64,000 bases of DNA from Podarcis cretensis (lineage: Eukaryota). Both the position numbers and the translations under genes were made by a program. Positions 60,801 through 64,000 of this stretch are shown piece after piece. The notes beneath the pieces were generated by a model. The model saw only the letters and a program-made list of their open reading frames with translations, ran no database searches and was not told the origin of the DNA. The stretch spans positions 70,308,001 through 70,372,000 of the forward strand of contig OX638150.1 in NCBI GenBank assembly GCA_951804945.1. Direction: 5' to 3'. Each line of letters opens with the position of its first letter. Within the stretch, counting starts at the first letter, position 1.

Positions 60801-63800
60801 AGCTGGCTCACAAAAAAACCAAACAAGCTCAGACTTCTAAAGCTACCTAAAACCCAATGAGCACTAAGCCTCATTTTTAAATCTTACAGCACAACAGTCT
60901 TTTTTTTGTCTACGTCCCAAAAGAAGAGACTAAAATCAAACACTTAAAACCCAGCTGTTGGGACTTGTTATGATTTCAAAACTGAGTTTTAAAATTTGGA
61001 TTGTCCCATGCACCCTTCCTTTAACTGTAGAGTAGGGAAGAGTCTGGGAGCAATGGAGAGATACGGGGAGATTATCTTTTAAATGACAGTTAAGATCCCC
61101 TGCCTCTGGCCAATCTCAAGTCTGCACTGAAACGTTAGATTTTGTAATTTGCAGGACAGCCATGGCAATGCACATCCCTATCTCATTTATAGCAAGCTGG
61201 CTCCATACGCTGATAATGGCAGCTATTAAAAAAGAGTTAGACACAAGGACAGTATCTATACTGGGCAGTTTTACCTGAGCTGATGGGCCCGCCGATAGTA
61301 ATAGAGACAGTAAAAGGGCATCTTGAGGATCTCATATGTTTGCCCCAATCCGTACCATGCTCTGTAGTCTCTTTTATTCACTTCTATGGCATGTCTAGAA
61401 GAGAGAAAGCTACAGGAATTCTTTGAAAGAGTATACAGGTATACGGCACAAATGGAGGTAAGATCATAACAGTCTACATTTGTTAAAAAAGAAATGCACA
61501 AGCAGAATCAATTGGGAGAATAACAACAACAGAAAAAGATCTTGTTAAAAGTACTCCCCACCCTAGGTGGAAACCAGAAGTAAGCCTTCTTTTTTGGAAG
61601 GCATCTGCACACGCACCTATATGCCTGAATAGCTGCTGATGTGTTTTTCATTTCCATATATTCGTGTCCCATGAGGGTCCATGCTCCAAGGTATCGAGGA
61701 TTCAGCTTCAACGCTCTCTGGAAGTAGAGAGCTGCTTTTTCATGCTGTGAGCGCAAACTATAGTAGTTCCCTATGGCAAAAGCACAATGAAAAGTGAGCA
61801 GAGAGCAGCCAGGGGCTGGGAAACAACAACTCTACTAACACTCTTTCATGTGAAAGAGGATCATGTCCTGCAGCTTCCTCCCATCCCTCTTCAAGCAAGT
61901 AAGGTCTCTCACCAATCACACAGCAGGTCTCCACACGGTACTTGTCAATCTCACATAGGTTGTGGGCCAGATAGCTCAGTTCAGGCTTCATACTCTAGTG
62001 GGATAAAGGAAAGTGGTAAGCTTAAGGACAGGTGCCAGTGGGTGGGGGTGGAACTGCAGGGATGGAAACACACTCTTGTAACACCACTGCATGAAAAAAA
62101 AAAAGAAGGAACAGCTTTTCAAGCCACAAAATCAGTCAGTAGGTTGTCTGAACTAGGAGAGTACAATGAGAACAACAAATCTTGGGATGTTTGGACGTCA
62201 TCAGCAATGGACTACCAAAGACTTGGCAATTTCATACAATATCCAGAATAACTTCACAAACTGGTTCAAGGCAACTGGAACATCTCCCTGTAGCAAATGT
62301 TTCCTGATTCTGTTTGCCATTATATTCTCTCACTTGATAGTGCAATGCTGTTATTTCCTTACAGACCAAATTTCCCTACTAGGGTTTACCACTAAGAAAA
62401 CATGAGTAAGTTTAAGGGATATAGACAGAAAAGTTCTGTACACAAATTGAAGGATTGTGAGCAATTTAAGGTTGAGGTAGGGTCATATGCAGTAGCGGCC
62501 AGCATGGTAGTACAGGAAGTGACTGCCTACCTGGCTCCCCAATGCAATGCATCGCTGCCAGTTACCAAGGCGTCAGGCAGCAGGGAACTCAGCAGAATAC
62601 AGACAGACAGCTCAGCCAATCCAATGCTCCTCCCACTGTGCCAAGCTCCCTGCTCCCTCCCACTCTCCCTTTCAGTAACATGGCTTTGGGAAGACTGCTA
62701 AGCAATTGTATCCTGCCCACACCACCCACTGCTCAACCTATAATGTAATTCAGATTGAGAAAAAAAGTACTCACCCTGACATAGAGCAGATTAGAGAAGG
62801 TGTCCATATTTTCTATCCTGTAAGGGTCCTGTTTTCTTAGTTCATTGAAGATGGACAAAGCTTTATCAATATCTGAGGAAAGAGAAAGGCAGGCACTCAG
62901 GGGGAAAAAGCAGGAAACAAAACACCAGAAGGCCCAAATCTGGAAGGATTCACTGACCTCTGATATTGTGATAGGCCACTGCAATCTGAGAGATAATGTA
63001 GGTGCTCTTTGAAAATCCTGCATCAATAAGACTCTGGTACTTCTGCAAGGCCTCATCTATCAGCTGCAGCTCTGTGTAGATGTGTGCCAGGAAGAACTCC
63101 TTTATCCAGGTATCTGGCAAGGACAGGAACTTCAGCTGGCAACAACCAAAAACAAAGAGGGACACATTTAGAGAAGCAGTCTACAGCAGCCCCCAAGAAC
63201 TGCAGGAAAGGTTAGAATGGAAAGAATGCTAACACCTCCAACTGCTACTGAATTACTTAAGGTTTGCTGGTAAATTCAAGTATTCCAACTTAGAAAAACC
63301 ATCAAACACAGTATCGACCTCATGATAGTTCATGGATCAAATTGTACCAGAAAATAGTGGCCAGATCTGAATTTATATCCTGCCTTTCCTCCCAAAGAAA
63401 TCCAGGGCAGCAATCATCACACACCTGCACCTGAGAATCCCACAAATTACCATTTCTTTGTCCGTGATCAAGTTACAAAGCTCCAGCCAGGCCCCCCAGT
63501 GCAATGGCAAAACATGGGTAGCTTCAACAAACACATCAATGGCCTCTTTCACCAGGTCCAGCTTTCGTAACACAACTCCATACCTAGGGGGATACAGAGA
63601 AAGAGTAAGAGAGACACTACTAGGGCAAGAGCCTATGCCATCCCCGTGCCCTAGCCTGACATTTTGTGTGGCGAATTGCATGCACACAAACAGACAAGAA
63701 TCCCTATTCATTTCACAATCCCAACTTCATCATACCCGGATGTAAACATATGGCTATTCCCTACAATATGTCATTAGGGCATCACTTCAGTGCTTACAGA

Positions 63801-63903
63801 TAAAGGCCAAATCCATCCAGCTCTCTGGCTTTGCGTTTCTTGCTAAGCTCTACCCGTAGCTCTCTTAGAACTTCATTCTTCACCTGCCCCTTTTCCAACG
63901 GAC
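57812..63903 (-). CDS. CDC23: Cell division cycle protein 23 (APC8, APC/C TPR subunit), 3' part; 5' exons lie beyond the window end
   Basis: Exons 63903-63798, 63583-63451, 63135-62958, 62872-62775, 61994-61913, 61770-61617, 61394-61275, 60778-60703, 60205-60144, 59472-59394, 59168-59049, 57982-57812, all GT-AG and in frame. Translation [10 protein letters not shown]...[18 protein letters not shown]...[18 protein letters not shown]...[15 protein letters not shown]...[18 protein letters not shown]. Confidence 0.97.
58193..58522. mobile_element. Degenerate hAT-like element in the last CDC23 intron
   Basis: CTGGGGTGAGGAACCTCTGGCTCATGTGCCAAATTTGGCC ... CATCTGGCCTGCTGTGCCAAAAGGATTCCACATGCC imperfect inverted ends, similar to 21633 and 38239. 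Confidence 0.4.
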
Positions 63904-64000
63904 CTGTAAACAGAGTAATCTCTTATTTGGTACCATTAGCAGCACGTGTTTATAAAAACATTTTTAAATATTGCACTGCAAAGATTCTGCCAAAGTTTTG

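Noticed and set aside
61787-62251. 154-aa plus-strand ORF opposite CDC23
   Set aside because: Antisense to a CDC23 exon and introns, with no recognisable domain.

Overview
Vertebrate nuclear DNA from a squamate reptile, probably a lacertid lizard (inferred from the Sauria SINE, L2 and MITE families). Five spliced protein-coding genes were reconstructed by hand from splice sites and remembered orthologue sequences. They are the 3' part of RMND5B (+), complete NHP2 (-), complete BRD8 (+; short one-bromodomain and long two-bromodomain 3' ends), complete KIF20A (+) and the 3' part of CDC23 (-). NHP2 and BRD8 share a ~250 bp bidirectional promoter, and KIF20A has its own CCAAT/CHR promoter; in human, BRD8 is instead head-to-head with KIF20A. 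Introns and intergenic gaps hold SINEs, L2 fragments, Tc1/mariner and hAT MITEs, and probable solo LTRs. The most unusual items are (i) a ~1.1 kb non-coding polyadenylated retro-insert nested in a MITE, whose 5' end has CTCF and YY1 motifs and a run of hairpins; (ii) a Penelope-type remnant with a minimal hammerhead ribozyme fold; and (iii) the duplicated BRD8 bromodomain-2 module. Most short ORFs in the supplied track are spurious. No database searches were run.
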